A DNA stretch of 64,000 bases from Eledone cirrhosa (Eukaryota), in contig OZ024742.1 in NCBI GenBank assembly GCA_964016885.1, positions 349,680,001-349,744,000 on the forward strand. Direction: 5' to 3'. The notes below the pieces were generated by a model. The model was not told the origin of the DNA. It did no database searches and saw only the letters and a program-made list of their open reading frames with translations. The position numbers and the translations under genes were made by a program. Every line of letters starts with the position of its first letter. Positions within the stretch are counted from its first letter, which is position 1. This document shows, one piece after another, positions 40,382 to 53,240 of the stretch.

Positions 40382-40447
40382 TATTTTATCTGATGAAAGC
40401 GCACCATAATTTGCCTTGGTTGCCCTTGAAATATATATAATAAAATA
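40382..40447 (+). ncRNA. Type I minimal hammerhead ribozyme
   Basis: tattttat-CTGATGA-aagcgcacca..tggttgccctt-GAAA-TATATA-TA-ataaaata; perfect 8-bp stem I, palindromic stem III. Confidence 0.78.
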
Positions 40448-40588
40448 AATATGGTTTTATAATTATAGTTTCCATTTATTAATATATTGTGTATTTACTC
40501 CACTAATCTGTTGAGTGCATTATATCAGTTATAACATTTTTTAAGCTTGTTGAATCCCAACAAATTAAATATAACCTCTGCATATATG

Positions 40589-40644
<56 letters not shown>

Positions 40645-40778
40645 TATATAGTGGTAGAACACTGGAGGTAATATCCGTAGTGGTAGAGCACTCAGTCCAT
40701 GGGACGGGTTAGGTAGAAGTGGTTACACGACAGTTAGTTCACCATACCGAGAACAATTGTTTCACCTTAGAGGATATT

Positions 40779-40884
<106 letters not shown>

Positions 40885-41059
40885 CACCCACACACAAACA
40901 CACACACATAGCTGAGGATCCGCTAAGGTGAAACAATTGTTCTTCAACTAAGTGTTGTGTAACCATTTCTAATATGTAATATGTAATATGTCTAATAAAT
41001 TTAATTCGTCGCAACACCGATTCTCCGTTTCTTATTTGATATATATATATATATATATA

Positions 41060-44000
41060 TATTTATTAAAATAACAGATTATAGTTTAAGCAAAGAATCG
41101 CTGCTTTCACACTTAAAGGGATCTTCTGAAACTAACAAAGTCAATCTGTGAACGCAGAAGTGAATATTTCAAAAAACGTTGCAACCGGAGGAAGACAGGA
41201 AGACGATACTTTGGTTCGTGGAAACTGGCAAAGAACGGGAAAAAAAACGAATATAATACGTCATTATTTGGAGCGGTGAAAAACAATTGCACGCATAGAC
41301 AAAACCACGTTTATGGTATAAAAGAAGTCGTAGACTAATATTCTCTTAGGTGGTGCATAGAGACGTTCTCTGGCAATGAACGGAAAAAACGAAGATAATA
41401 CGTCATATGTGGAGCGTGGAGAACAATTGCGCGCAAAGACAAAACCACGTAAATGGTATAACTGAAGTCGTAGACTAAAATTCTAACTAGGAAACCGAAT
41501 GATACTCGGCTTCAGAGTTAAGAATGAAGTAAATAAAATACAGAGGTAATTGAAATTAAATAAATACATACACGCATCCATATATGTACATACACAAGCG
41601 TACGCGAAAAACTCGCCATAGGTATACAAAAACACGCACATATAAATATGTGTGTGTGTGTGTATACAAATAATTAAATAAACGTATATAAATAAATAAA
41701 TACGTATATAACAAGCGCAAACACATACCTACATGTAAATACACATATGTTCGGAGACGATCGTCAACCAAAACACGAAGTACACATATGCACACACTCT
41801 ACATACGTACGAACCCGCATACTCACACAGACGCAAAACTCACGTATACACATAACCAAAAGCATATGTACCAGAATATATAACATATACGCCATAACAT
41901 ATACAATCAAATATACGTACGAGAAGGTATACGTACCTTCACAAAACATACGGTTAATATATACTTACCTATGCAAATAAGTAATGGTATAAACAAAACA
42001 TATACTTAGCTCCCACACCAAGACGTAAAATATCCACGTATAGATCGTACTATCCGTTAGGGTATAACGTGGGGCTGTAATACAGGAAAGTTTTGTGCAA
42101 TTTATGTTTACAAGCCGAAATTGCCTCAGATTTTTTGTTTAAGATGTGGTCTGTGGCGTAGAGTATTTCCAGGGGCGCAGAGGTCACATGGTCTTTTATT
42201 TCCGTTATACGATCTAGCCCTAGCTAGGATCTCCCAGTGTAACTTATATTGGTTGTGGTTGTCTTTTAGACTCCAGATATAAGCTGAAAGTGACGTCATA
42301 TTCCTTCTAAGAGGGTAACGAAAAGAATGGGTATGCATGTAAAGACGCTGCTTGAATCTATTGGCGGTTAACTCTATGTAGGCCCTAAGGGACGTGGGTG
42401 TTTTAACCTTACATTTGTAGACAATGTTACTAGAGAGGTATTTCCCGGATAGGGGGCAATCAACCCGATTCCTACAATTACAGTTAGTACTAACTACAGG
42501 GTTGCACGTGTTCCCACGGCTAGGTAGCTTAGCTAAATTAGAAGCTGTGATGTTATGTGCAAGGTTAGGAGTCGTAAAGTAAGACATTTTAATAGTATTT
42601 CTATTAAAAATGTTACTATATTTATGTGTAGGGGGAAAATGCTTCGTAATAAGGGATAGAAAGATCTTAGCTAATGGTGTGGCCACCTCCATATTATATG
42701 GTGGGTTATACCATATAATGAGTCGGGATCTATTTCTTCTAGGTCTATTCTCGTACTCTGTATATGCTACCTTATCGACAAATCCACTCCGAGCAACAGC
42801 TTCATTGTAATATGTGGAATGGTCGTTGAAAATATGCTCGTTAGTAGATAGACGGGAAAGCCCCAAAGAAACGTTTCTTACCAGGTTCTTGGTTATGCTG
42901 GCAGGATGGTTAGAATGCTTACTTATGTAATTAAGCGTATCATTCGGCTTTCTATACGGGTAATACAAGCCATTCGACAAATTGAGAGTAACGTCGAGGT
43001 AATTAACGACCGAGAGGTTGGTTTCAACCTGTATAGAGAGGTTGAAGCCTTTAAAGAAGGCTGTGAGTTCTTTTCTGAACCTGTCGCAAGCACGTGGGCC
43101 GCAAAAGACCATCATCACGGTACAAACCACCGCCCGCGTTGGGGAATTCGTCCTTGATAGAGAAAAGAAGGAAAAGGCCGATAAGATCAGTAACCTCCGC
43201 AGAATCGCTGGCGCCCATACTCACGTCGAATGGGGTACTATTAGATTTTTTAATCCAAATAGAGTCGTCGAAATTAATCACCGGCTTACGGGCATTGAGG
43301 ATGACATCAACTTCGAAATCCTTAACCACTGAGTGTTTTAGCGAAATTGATAGCTCTAAGTGGAAGTGGTAAAGTGATGGAGGAGTAGTAATTATTGATG
43401 TCGAATTGGATAAAACGGCAATGTTCCTTGTTGCATATGCCGTTGAACCAATCAATCACCGCAAAAGAATTGTCCACAGTGCAAGAGGGGCCTAACTTCT
43501 AATTTCAGGTATAATTCTATTAAGAATCCTTTTACTAAGTCTACCTAAATCGGACTTCGTAGGGTTAATAAGCCGAATAGAGGGGTTGTTCGGAAAATTG
43601 GATTTGTGATCCTTCAGGGTAAAGTGGGGAGAAATAGGGTCCAGAGGTTCGGTTCGGTCCGGTCCGGGATGTTGAGATCAGAGGGGATTTTAAACCCAGC
43701 ATCGTTGATTTCATTAATGACGCACCGATTAGTCTTACGGTAATCCTTAGTTACAGCATTATGTAGCAGTTGATGGTATTTACTGCGCTCCACTTGATAT
43801 AGGTTGCCAGTTTTGTCGGAATGGACGTGCACGGCATTAGAATCCTTAATAGAACGAATTCTATTCTTCAAGTCCTGCTGGAAGGAGTTGCTCCTATTCC
43901 GAAATTTGATGTTCCGTATGAGTTCCAAGACATCATTTTCGAAGGGTAGCAATGCGGGGTTACACGGAGGGTTATTATAGGGTTTAAACCCAAATTTATC

Positions 44001-44332
44001 CTGTTTGTTGTCTGCTTTTCGTTGATTATCGAAATAAAAGGCACGCCAACGCAATCTTTTAAAGAACGCGTCTGTTTTCTGTATCAGGAGTTTTAGGTAT
44101 GTTTTCCTGCTTGGAACGGGTATGTTCTTTGTAGAAATATTCAGATGTTGTTTCTGCATGATGAATATTTCAAAAAACGTTGCAACCGGAGTCCAAATAA
44201 TGACGTATTATATTCGTTTTTTCCTGTTCTTTGCCAGTGAACGTTTCCACGAACCAAAGTATCGTCTTCCTGTCCTCCTCCGGTTGCAATGTTTTTTGAA
44301 ATATTCACTTCTGCGTTCACAGATTGACTTTA

Positions 44333-44410
<78 letters not shown>

Positions 44411-44454
44411 CTTTTTCCTATATATATATATATATATGTACATACATATATATG

Positions 44455-44489
<35 letters not shown>

Positions 44490-44540
44490 GTGAAAGCAGC
44501 GATTCTTCGCTTAAACTATAATCTGTTATTTTAATAAATA
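41060..44540 (-). mobile_element. Penelope-like element, Naiad-like, with inverted terminal pLTR copy
   Basis: 41060-41275 is the inverted repeat of 44190-44540 (right arm split by (TA)n); minus-strand 3' end AATAAA-(TA)n. Confidence 0.85.
42057..44159 (-). pseudogene. Naiad-like PLE ORF (RT + C-terminal GIY-YIG), frameshifted
   Basis: [16 protein letters not shown]; FDVSMGASDSAEV..GLYRDDGL; YLDVTLNL..YRKPN..SNHP; CNC..CPLSG..IVYKC..YIELT..FKQR; CDLC; alternative frame LNKKSE..CKH ending at TAA 42057. Confidence 0.88.
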
Positions 44541-44621
44541 TTTGCTCTACGGTTCTTATATATTTGATATATATTTATCCTTATCGAGCCCTCTTTAGAT
44601 TTTAGTCTTCAAATTTATTAT

Positions 44622-44661
<40 letters not shown>

Positions 44662-44666
44662 TTTTT

Positions 44667-44738
<72 letters not shown>

Positions 44739-44744
44739 TACATA

Positions 44745-44784
<40 letters not shown>

Positions 44785-44799
44785 CTTTTTATTTAACTT

Positions 44800-44835
<36 letters not shown>

Positions 44836-45112
44836 ATACTTGGGGAGGGTCATATTTGTGTAATATTGCCAGAATTAATAACAGAACACACTCACTGTTT
44901 GGTTGGTTTTCGCTTCTCGCTGTCTTTTATATCGGTAATCTAACTTACTCGGTCCTCAATGTTGCCATTGACTGACCGACGGTCAAAAATAATACAGATA
45001 CAATATAGACACAAACACATATATATAGTTTATCATAAATCTTTCGTTGCACATCTGCAACATCGTCAGTGGTGTTATATTTTCCTCCTGTTGTGTTGTA
45101 TGTCTACGCCAT

Positions 45113-46571
45113 AACCTCAATGGCAAAAAAGACTCCCATGGGAAGGTGGATTGGGTGGACCAAAGCTATACGGACCCCCCAAAACAATGATCAGGTAAGA
45201 AAAATGGTCGCACATGCAATAGGGGCAAGTATCAAAACTACCCTAAAGGGCCACATATTTAAGTTCAATGAGAAAATCTACACCCAAAATGAGGGAGCAG
45301 CCATCGGCGTCAGCATAGCTGGTGATGTTGCCAACCTTTTCATGGTATGGTGGGAAAGGAGACTTAAAGATCTCCTTAATGAAAGCTCCATAGACCTCAT
45401 CATGTACTCTCGTTATGTAGACGATATCAATATAGTTATAAGAACACCCCCACTAGAGAGCACTAACAAGTTTGATTTAGAACGTAGCACGATGGAAAGC
45501 ATCCAGCAGATAGCTAATTCCATACACCAGAGTATAACTGTAACTATCGACTTCCCTTCCAAACACCCTAACAATAGACTACCTGTATTAGACACAGAAC
45601 TCTGGATTAACACTATAGACGAGAGAGCCCAAATTCTCCACTCACACTATGCTAAACCCATGGCCTCCAAATACCTGATACTCAAAAACTCAGCAATGTC
45701 CAGTAGTGCTAAGTTTAATATTCTGATCGCAGAATTGGTACGAATGATGAAGAATGTGTCCCGCATGTGCGACCCAACAGAAATGGAAAGACACATCCAA
45801 CACTTCATCAACCGCATGCAGTTCTCTGGCTACAACCAAAGAGACAGAGTCAGAGTATACGAAGGAGCCATGGAAAAGTATAAGACCCTCATAGAACTGG
45901 ACATGAAAGGAATTTGCCCATTATACAGGAGCAAATCATGGAATAGCTTAGATAGGGCTAGACATAAGATAGGGAAAGCCACATCATGGTACGACAACCA
46001 GAGATACCAGAGTGTCATGTTTGTGGACGCCACCCCTGGATGGAAATTAGCTAACCAGTGTAGAAAGGCCCTGAGAAAGACCCACTTAAAAATAAAGGTG
46101 GTAGAAAAGCCAGGAACCACCATAAAATCCCTGATCAGCAAAACCTACCCTTTTAAGAAAACCCACTGTACCAATCGGAAATGTATCATATGTTAGGTGA
46201 ACCCCCGGATAAACTGTAAAACTAGAAACGTAGTCTATAGCATAAGATGTACAGAGGGTACTTGCAGAAATATGACAACAACATACATAGGTGAGACAGC
46301 TCGTAGCATAGGTGAAAGGATAGACCAACACTGGGGGGAACTAAAAGGACGAAAAAACGGGTCAGTACTATACGAACATGCTAGACAACAACATGACGGT
46401 AACATAGACAACATAGAAATTAGAATAATATCTAAACATAGAAATGACCCAGCAGATAGGCAAATCAGAGAGGCCAGTGAAATAGAAATTAGAAGACCAA
46501 AGCTAAACAGAAAGAATGAATGGAATAACAACAACACCCAAACAAACAACACTGACCTAAGAGAAGTATAA
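45113..46571 (+). pseudogene. PLE RT-GIY-YIG ORF, 5'-truncated, one in-frame TAG at 46194-46196
   Basis: GAAIGVSIAGDVANLFM, RYVDD, PVLD, HYAKP, CTNRKCIIC, NVVYSIRC..YIGETARS..ER..H, LNRKNEW. Confidence 0.9.
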
Positions 46572-46800
46572 TTAAGTAAATAAAATAAGATAAATAAATA
46601 CATACACAAGCACAATAACAACAAGCACATAAACACACACTAGTCACCCATCACACAGCAAACATAACACTATACACACACGCAAACGCATGCGCAAAGA
46701 AGACAAAATAAAATAAACAAACAAGCAAATAAATAAATAAATATATAGACAGACTGAATAAAAATGATGTAGACATACAACACAACAGGAGGAAAATATA

Positions 46801-46845
46801 ACACCACTGACGATGTTGCAGATGTGCAACGAAAGTTTTATGATA
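46801..46845 (+). ncRNA. Minimal hammerhead motif in 3' pLTR (mirror copy on - strand at 45031-45075)
   Basis: CTGACGA-t-gttgca[gatg]tgcaac-GAAA-gttt-TA; stem I weak. Confidence 0.6.
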
Positions 46846-47100
46846 AACTATATATGTGTTTGTGTCTATATTGTGTCTGTATTATTTTTGACCGTCGGTC
46901 AGTCAATGGCAACATTGAGGACCGAGTAAGTTAGATTACCGATATAAAAGACAGCGAGAAGCGAAAACCAACCAAACAGTGGGTGTGTTCTGTTATTAAT
47001 TATGGCAATATTACACAAATATGACCCTCCCCAAGTATAACAATATTTGTTTCGACACACGATTTCATATAAAAAACCTCGCAAAACTAATTCATCGCCG

Positions 47101-47136
<36 letters not shown>

Positions 47137-47181
47137 AAGTTAAATAAAAAGTCAAATGATTAAAATTTAGCTTCGTTTATT

Positions 47182-47236
47182 ACTGCTATATATATTTCAG
47201 TAACAGCCATTTTTGGCTGTGACCTCTTCAGGCAGT
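47182..47236 (-). ncRNA. Type I hammerhead ribozyme with intact core
   Basis: Minus strand: actgc-CTGAAGA-ggtcacagcca[aaaa]tggctgttact-GAAA-TATATA-TA-gcagt. Confidence 0.8.
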
Positions 47237-47500
47237 TTGAATTAGTATGGTATAGACAAGTACATATGTTGTTGAGGTGTATAATATTGTCAATACTCTG
47301 ATATGCCCAGTTCCTTGTTGGGTTGTTATTTCACTGAGGAACTGGAATCATATTCCAGTTCCTCAGTGAAATAACAACCCAAGAAGAACTGCGAAACTGG
47401 TAAAGGAACCAAATAAATATATATATTTAAAAAAAAAAAAGGCTACAGTTGCATTTTCGATTTCATCTTTTTTCCTTATATATATATATATATATATATA

Positions 47501-47553
<53 letters not shown>

Positions 47554-47577
47554 GACACACACACAGACACACACACA

Positions 47578-47641
<64 letters not shown>

Positions 47642-48486
47642 CACACACACACATACACACACAGCCAGACAGAGAGACACATATATGCATCTTTTGTAAG
47701 TAACTGTTTTCATTTGCAACGTGATAATGAAACTGGACGAAACGATATCTAACGTTCTTTAAAGATTATCCTATGTCTCTGATAAAAAAACTCAGAGTTC
47801 TGCATCAGAAAATTTAAATATCATTTGGCGTTTGTTAACATTCTTTTTTATTATATTGATTGTCTTTTAGATTTTATAACAGAATACTTGTGTAGAACTT
47901 AATTCCCCTTGGCGTCCGATTTTGGCATCGACACAATATGAAAAAATGACAATATATGTTTCGTTATTTCTAGGAATGAGTGTAGAAGTATGTTAACACT
48001 TTCTATTTAGGTGTATCATTTTATCCTGCTTACTTTAGTATTCGAATATCAATTGTCTGGAGATGAGATGGGGAACCTGCGGCCTTAATGCCGCATGCAG
48101 CCTTCTATGCCATTCTGTGCGCCCTTTTGAAAAAACAAAATATTTTCAACATTTAAAATATTTTTATTATGTTTTTGTCTATCTCTTATTCTTTTAATCT
48201 AAACCGTAAGATGGACATATTTTAAATACCAAATAGTAAAAGAACATTCATCCAAATAATCTACACTGACAGAATTAAAACCATTAGGAAATCATAACGT
48301 CCATTCCAGAAGTTTCTACGGCCATGTTTTAGTTCTAATGTGATTCTAGAATGTTCATTAAATTCCTGATTGACTTCGTTTTTTAGATAATTAGTAGGTA
48401 GTAATTAGATTTTTTACAAAATAATGTAGATTTTAAGAAAACAAAATGAAGGTTTCTTGAATGCGGCATTATTATATTACAAGTAA

Positions 48487-48863
48487 TAGGGTGATGGGTT
48501 GGCAGTATCGGTAGAGCGTCGGACAACATGCTTTACGACAAAGAGTTACGGCCCCTTGCATTCTGATTTCAAATCCCACCGAGGTTAGCTTCGCCTTTCA
48601 TTCTTACGGGATCAATAAAATAAAGTACCAGTAACGTACTGTGGTCGATTTAATTGACTTTCCCCTCCCCCAAATTTTTGGCCTTGTGCGTAAATCAGAA
48701 ATCATTCGGACGCCATGCTTTGCAGCAAAGAGTTACGGCCCTTTATGGTCTGAGTTCAAATCCCGCCGAGGTTAACTTTGCCTTTCATCCTTACGGGGTC
48801 GATAAAATAAAGTACCAGTAATACACAGGGATAATTGCTGGCCTTGTGCCAAAAGTAGAAACA
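48487..48863 (+). mobile_element. Dimeric SINE type A with 16-bp TSD
   Basis: attatattacaagtaa at 48471-48486 and 48864-48879; full unit followed by a 5'-truncated unit from ~48706. Confidence 0.8.
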
Positions 48864-49541
48864 ATTATATTACAAGTAACTTAATGCTGCCTTTCAACAT
48901 AAAAAGTTTCTGAACGTCTGGTCAGAATCATTGTATCTGATAATATATTAAGGATAGTGAAGAAGAAGAAGAAGAAGAAGAAGAAGAAGAAGAAGAAGAA
49001 GAAGAAGAAGAAGAAGAAGAAGAAGAAGAAGAAAAAGAAGATGGAGAAGACAGAGAAGATAAAAGGTAAACCCAGTTGATAAAATTTGGTTTTCTTCATA
49101 GAAACCTGAAATGGTCAGTTTTTATATTGCATCCTAATTAGAATTTTATATTTATTGTTGTTGTTGTTGTTGTTGCTGCTGTTGTTGTTGTCGTCATTGT
49201 TGTGGTTGCTGTTGTTGCTGTTACTGCTGCTGCTGTTGCTGTTGTTGTTGTTGTTGCTGTTGTTGTTGTTGTTGTTGTAAATGATCAACTGTCTTTTGAT
49301 GTATTTTCATCTTTCACCCCTTAATACAACATCAAAAACAACAAAAACTGACTCAACTTTTGTACTAGGTTGTGTTGGTGTTGTTGTTGTTGTTGTTGCT
49401 GTTGTTATTGTTGTTGTTGTTGTTTTTGTTGTTTTTGTAGTAGTTGTTGTTGTAGTTGAAGTTGTTGTTTTGTTATTGTTTAAAACTTCAAAAGTTAGTA
49501 TTTGACAGTGTACCACCACCACCACCACCACCACCACCACC

Positions 49542-49583
<42 letters not shown>

Positions 49584-49610
49584 GCTACTACTACTACTAC
49601 TACTGCTACT

Positions 49611-49722
49611 AAATCCCGCCGAGGTTAACTTTGCCTTTCATCCTTACGGGGTCGATAAAATAAAGTACCAGTAATGTACTGGGTAATTGCTGGCCTTGTG
49701 CCAATATTAGAAACAATTATTA
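49611..49722 (+). mobile_element. 5'-truncated SINE type A
   Basis: aaatcccgccgaggttaactttgcctttcatcc... Confidence 0.75.
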
Positions 49723-49829
49723 ACCACACAGAGCCATACTATAAATAACTATTATAAAATATAAACCCAGCCAGATCTGCCCTTCGTTTCCCCTTCTCCA
49801 TATTCTCATTACTTTATTTTACTTTTGTG

Positions 49830-50175
49830 AGGATGGATCAACGTGATAAATAGTGACCTTCTCACGAAATCAAAAACCTGCCTTGCTCACGAGGTTTCAC
49901 TGTAGACGGAGCAACGGGAAAAACAGTGACTTTCTCACGAGATCTCACTGTAGATGGAGCAACGTGAAAAAACTGACTTTCTCACGAGATCTCACTGTAG
50001 ATGGAGCAACGTGAAAAACAGTGACTTTCTCACGAGATCTCAGTGTAGATGGAGCAACGTGAAAAACAGTGACTTTCTCACGAGATTTCAGTGTAGATGG
50101 AGCAACGCGATAAACAGTCACTTTCTCACGAGATTTCAGTGAGGATGGAGCAAGGTGAAAACAGTGACTTGCTCA
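49830..50175. repeat. 48-bp minisatellite derived from CORE-SINE core, next to a tRNA-like head (50185-50245, -)
   Basis: ga(t/c)ggagcaa at 49905, 49953, 50000, 50048, 50096, 50144. Confidence 0.85.
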
Positions 50176-50264
50176 CCAGCACAACCCGTTGCCAGGACTG
50201 GAACTGACGACCGGGAGCCGAATACCCTAACCACTAAGCTATGTATCTTTCACACATAATAACA

Positions 50265-50480
50265 ATAATTATTTCTACTTGTGAAAGAAGGTAATCTATT
50301 TGAATGGAACGGGGCAAAGTCGATCGAATTGACCCCAGTGTGTCACTGGTACTTTATCTTATCAACCCCTTATGGTAAGAACTAAAGGTAAAGCTAACCA
50401 CGGCAGGATTTGAACTCAGAACATAAAGGACCGTAACTCTATACCACAAAACATGCTGTCGGACGCTTTACCGATACTGC
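50265..50480 (-). mobile_element. SINE type A
   Basis: Homologous to other copies. Confidence 0.75.
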
Positions 50481-51166
50481 TATAGAAGAAGAAGAAGAAG
50501 AAGAAGAAGAAGAAGAAGAAGAAGAAGAAGAAGAAGAAGAAGAAGAAGAAGAAGAAGAAGAAGAAGAAGAAGAAGAAAAAGAAGAAGAAAAGAAGGAAGA
50601 AAGATAGGAAGAAGAGGAGGAGAACAGAGAAGATATCAAAGACAGAACTACAGTGGCTACATGTCAAAGATCTTGGACTGATGGAAATCTACACATACAT
50701 ACATACATACACACACAGACAGAATCACACATACATACATACACACACACAGAATCACACATACATTCATTCAAACACAATCACAAAAACACGTAGACAT
50801 GCACACACAAACACATACAATCACACACAGACGGAATCACACATACACATATAATCACAATCACACAAACACACACATACACACACACACACACACAAAC
50901 ACAATCTCACAAACACACACACACACACACAGATACATGCACACGGACACATGCACACAGACACACACACACAAACACAATCACACAAACACACAAACAC
51001 ACAGTGACACACAGACACACACACACAGTGACACACAGACACACACACAATCACATTTGCACTCACAGAGGAAATGTTTTATTCATTATCGAACAGACGC
51101 TTTCGGCGTTCAAATCGATGAAACAGTGAAAAAAAAAAAAAAAAAATTCGTAACCACCATCGTCGC

Positions 51167-51229
<63 letters not shown>

Positions 51230-51311
51230 TATCATCGTCGTCGTCGTTGTTGTTGTTGTCAGCATCGTCGTTTTGGTCAACAACATCAATAACAATAACC
51301 ACAACAACAAT

Positions 51312-51358
<47 letters not shown>

Positions 51359-51751
51359 AAACCACAACAACAACCGCAACAACAACAACAATAGCAACAA
51401 CAACAATCACAACCGCAACAACAACCACAACCACCACCACAACAACAACAACCACAACAACAACTACAATAACAATCACAACAACAGCAACAACAACCAC
51501 CACTACCACCACAACAACAACCACAACAACAACCACAACAACAACCACAACAACAACCACAACAACAATCACAACAGCAACAACAACCACAACCACCACA
51601 ACTACAACAACAACCACAACAACAATCACAACAACCACAACAGCAACCATAACAACAGCAACAACAACTACAACAACAACAACAACCACAATCACCACCA
51701 CCACCTTAACAACAATCACAACAACAACCATAACAACAACCACCACAACAA

Positions 51752-51787
<36 letters not shown>

Positions 51788-52070
51788 TGGCAGCAGCAAA
51801 TAAAAAAGCATCCCAAAAAGCTGGGAGAAAGAGAAAGGTTGTAAAAGTGAAGACTATAGAAAAGAACAAAGCTGCCATCATTGTTCAGGTTAACCGTTGC
51901 TATAAAGAGAGTTGCCAGCCTATATCCTTCTGTTTTTGGTAAACTAACTTTCATTTCATGCTTCAATACACTTAGATGAGTTTTGATGGCAGCCAAATTA
52001 CAAAGCATGGATTTACAAAGTTGTAACAGCTTACAGTCTGTGTATACATACATGTATGTGTATATACATG

Positions 52071-52132
<62 letters not shown>

Positions 52133-52646
52133 CATGTATGTATATATACGTACGTGTATGTATATATATATAGATATATACATGTATGTATATATATGTG
52201 TATATATATATGTATATATATATGTATATATATATATACATGTATGTATATATATATACATGTATGTATATTAATATATATATATATACGTATGTATATA
52301 TATATATATATACATATATGTATATATATATATACATGTATGTATATATGTATATATACATGTATGAATATATATACATATATGTATATATATATATATA
52401 GACATGTATGTGTACATACATGTCTGTATATATACATACATGTCTGTATATATATATACATGTATATATATATACAGACATGTATGTGTACATACATGTC
52501 TGTATATATATGCATACATTCATACATGTATGTATATATATATATACATGCATGTATATATACATACATGTATTTATATATACATACATGTATGTATACA
52601 GACATGTATGTATATATGCATACATGTGTGTATATATACAGACATG

Positions 52647-52706
<60 letters not shown>

Positions 52707-53070
52707 ATGTATATATATATATTAAGAGAGGCATACATACACATACATACATACATACATACACATACATAACATACATCACATACATACACATACATAC
52801 ACATCCGCCCACATGTTTCTATATATATACAGACAGGAATACATACACACACACACACACATACATACATATGTATATATGCATGCATACATACATACGT
52901 ACAAATATATGCATTCACACAGACAGACACACATACACGCACATACATATATATATGCATGCATACATATATATCTACGTAGATACTGACAGGCATATAT
53001 ATATATATATATATATATCAGATGTATCTATATCTATATACCCCACACATATATATACATATATTTATAC

Positions 53071-53105
<35 letters not shown>

Positions 53106-53126
53106 CACACACACATATATATATAT

Positions 53127-53158
<32 letters not shown>

Positions 53159-53202
53159 CTGAAAATATCTAATAATGTACACCATTTTTCCCAGTATCAC
53201 AA

Positions 53203-53240
<38 letters not shown>

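Larger units (their letters stand above)
44831..47043 (+). mobile_element. Penelope-like element (Cys-linker, Neptune/Nematis-like), 5'-truncated with inverted pLTR
   Basis: 44831-45112 is the reverse complement of 46764-47043. Confidence 0.9.

Noticed and set aside
42057-44159. Selenoprotein-type Naiad
   Set aside because: The conserved Cys positions I could read are TGT/TGC (one is TAC); no in-frame TGA seen there and no SECIS identified by eye
46194-46196. In-frame stop between PLE linker and GIY-YIG as selenocysteine or readthrough
   Set aside because: The codon is TAG, not TGA, and follows rather than replaces a Cys; most likely a nonsense mutation in a truncated copy
51787-51942. Basic peptide [20 protein letters not shown] as host exon or pogo transposase N-terminus
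   Set aside because: Too short, no continuation and no convincing splice or domain support
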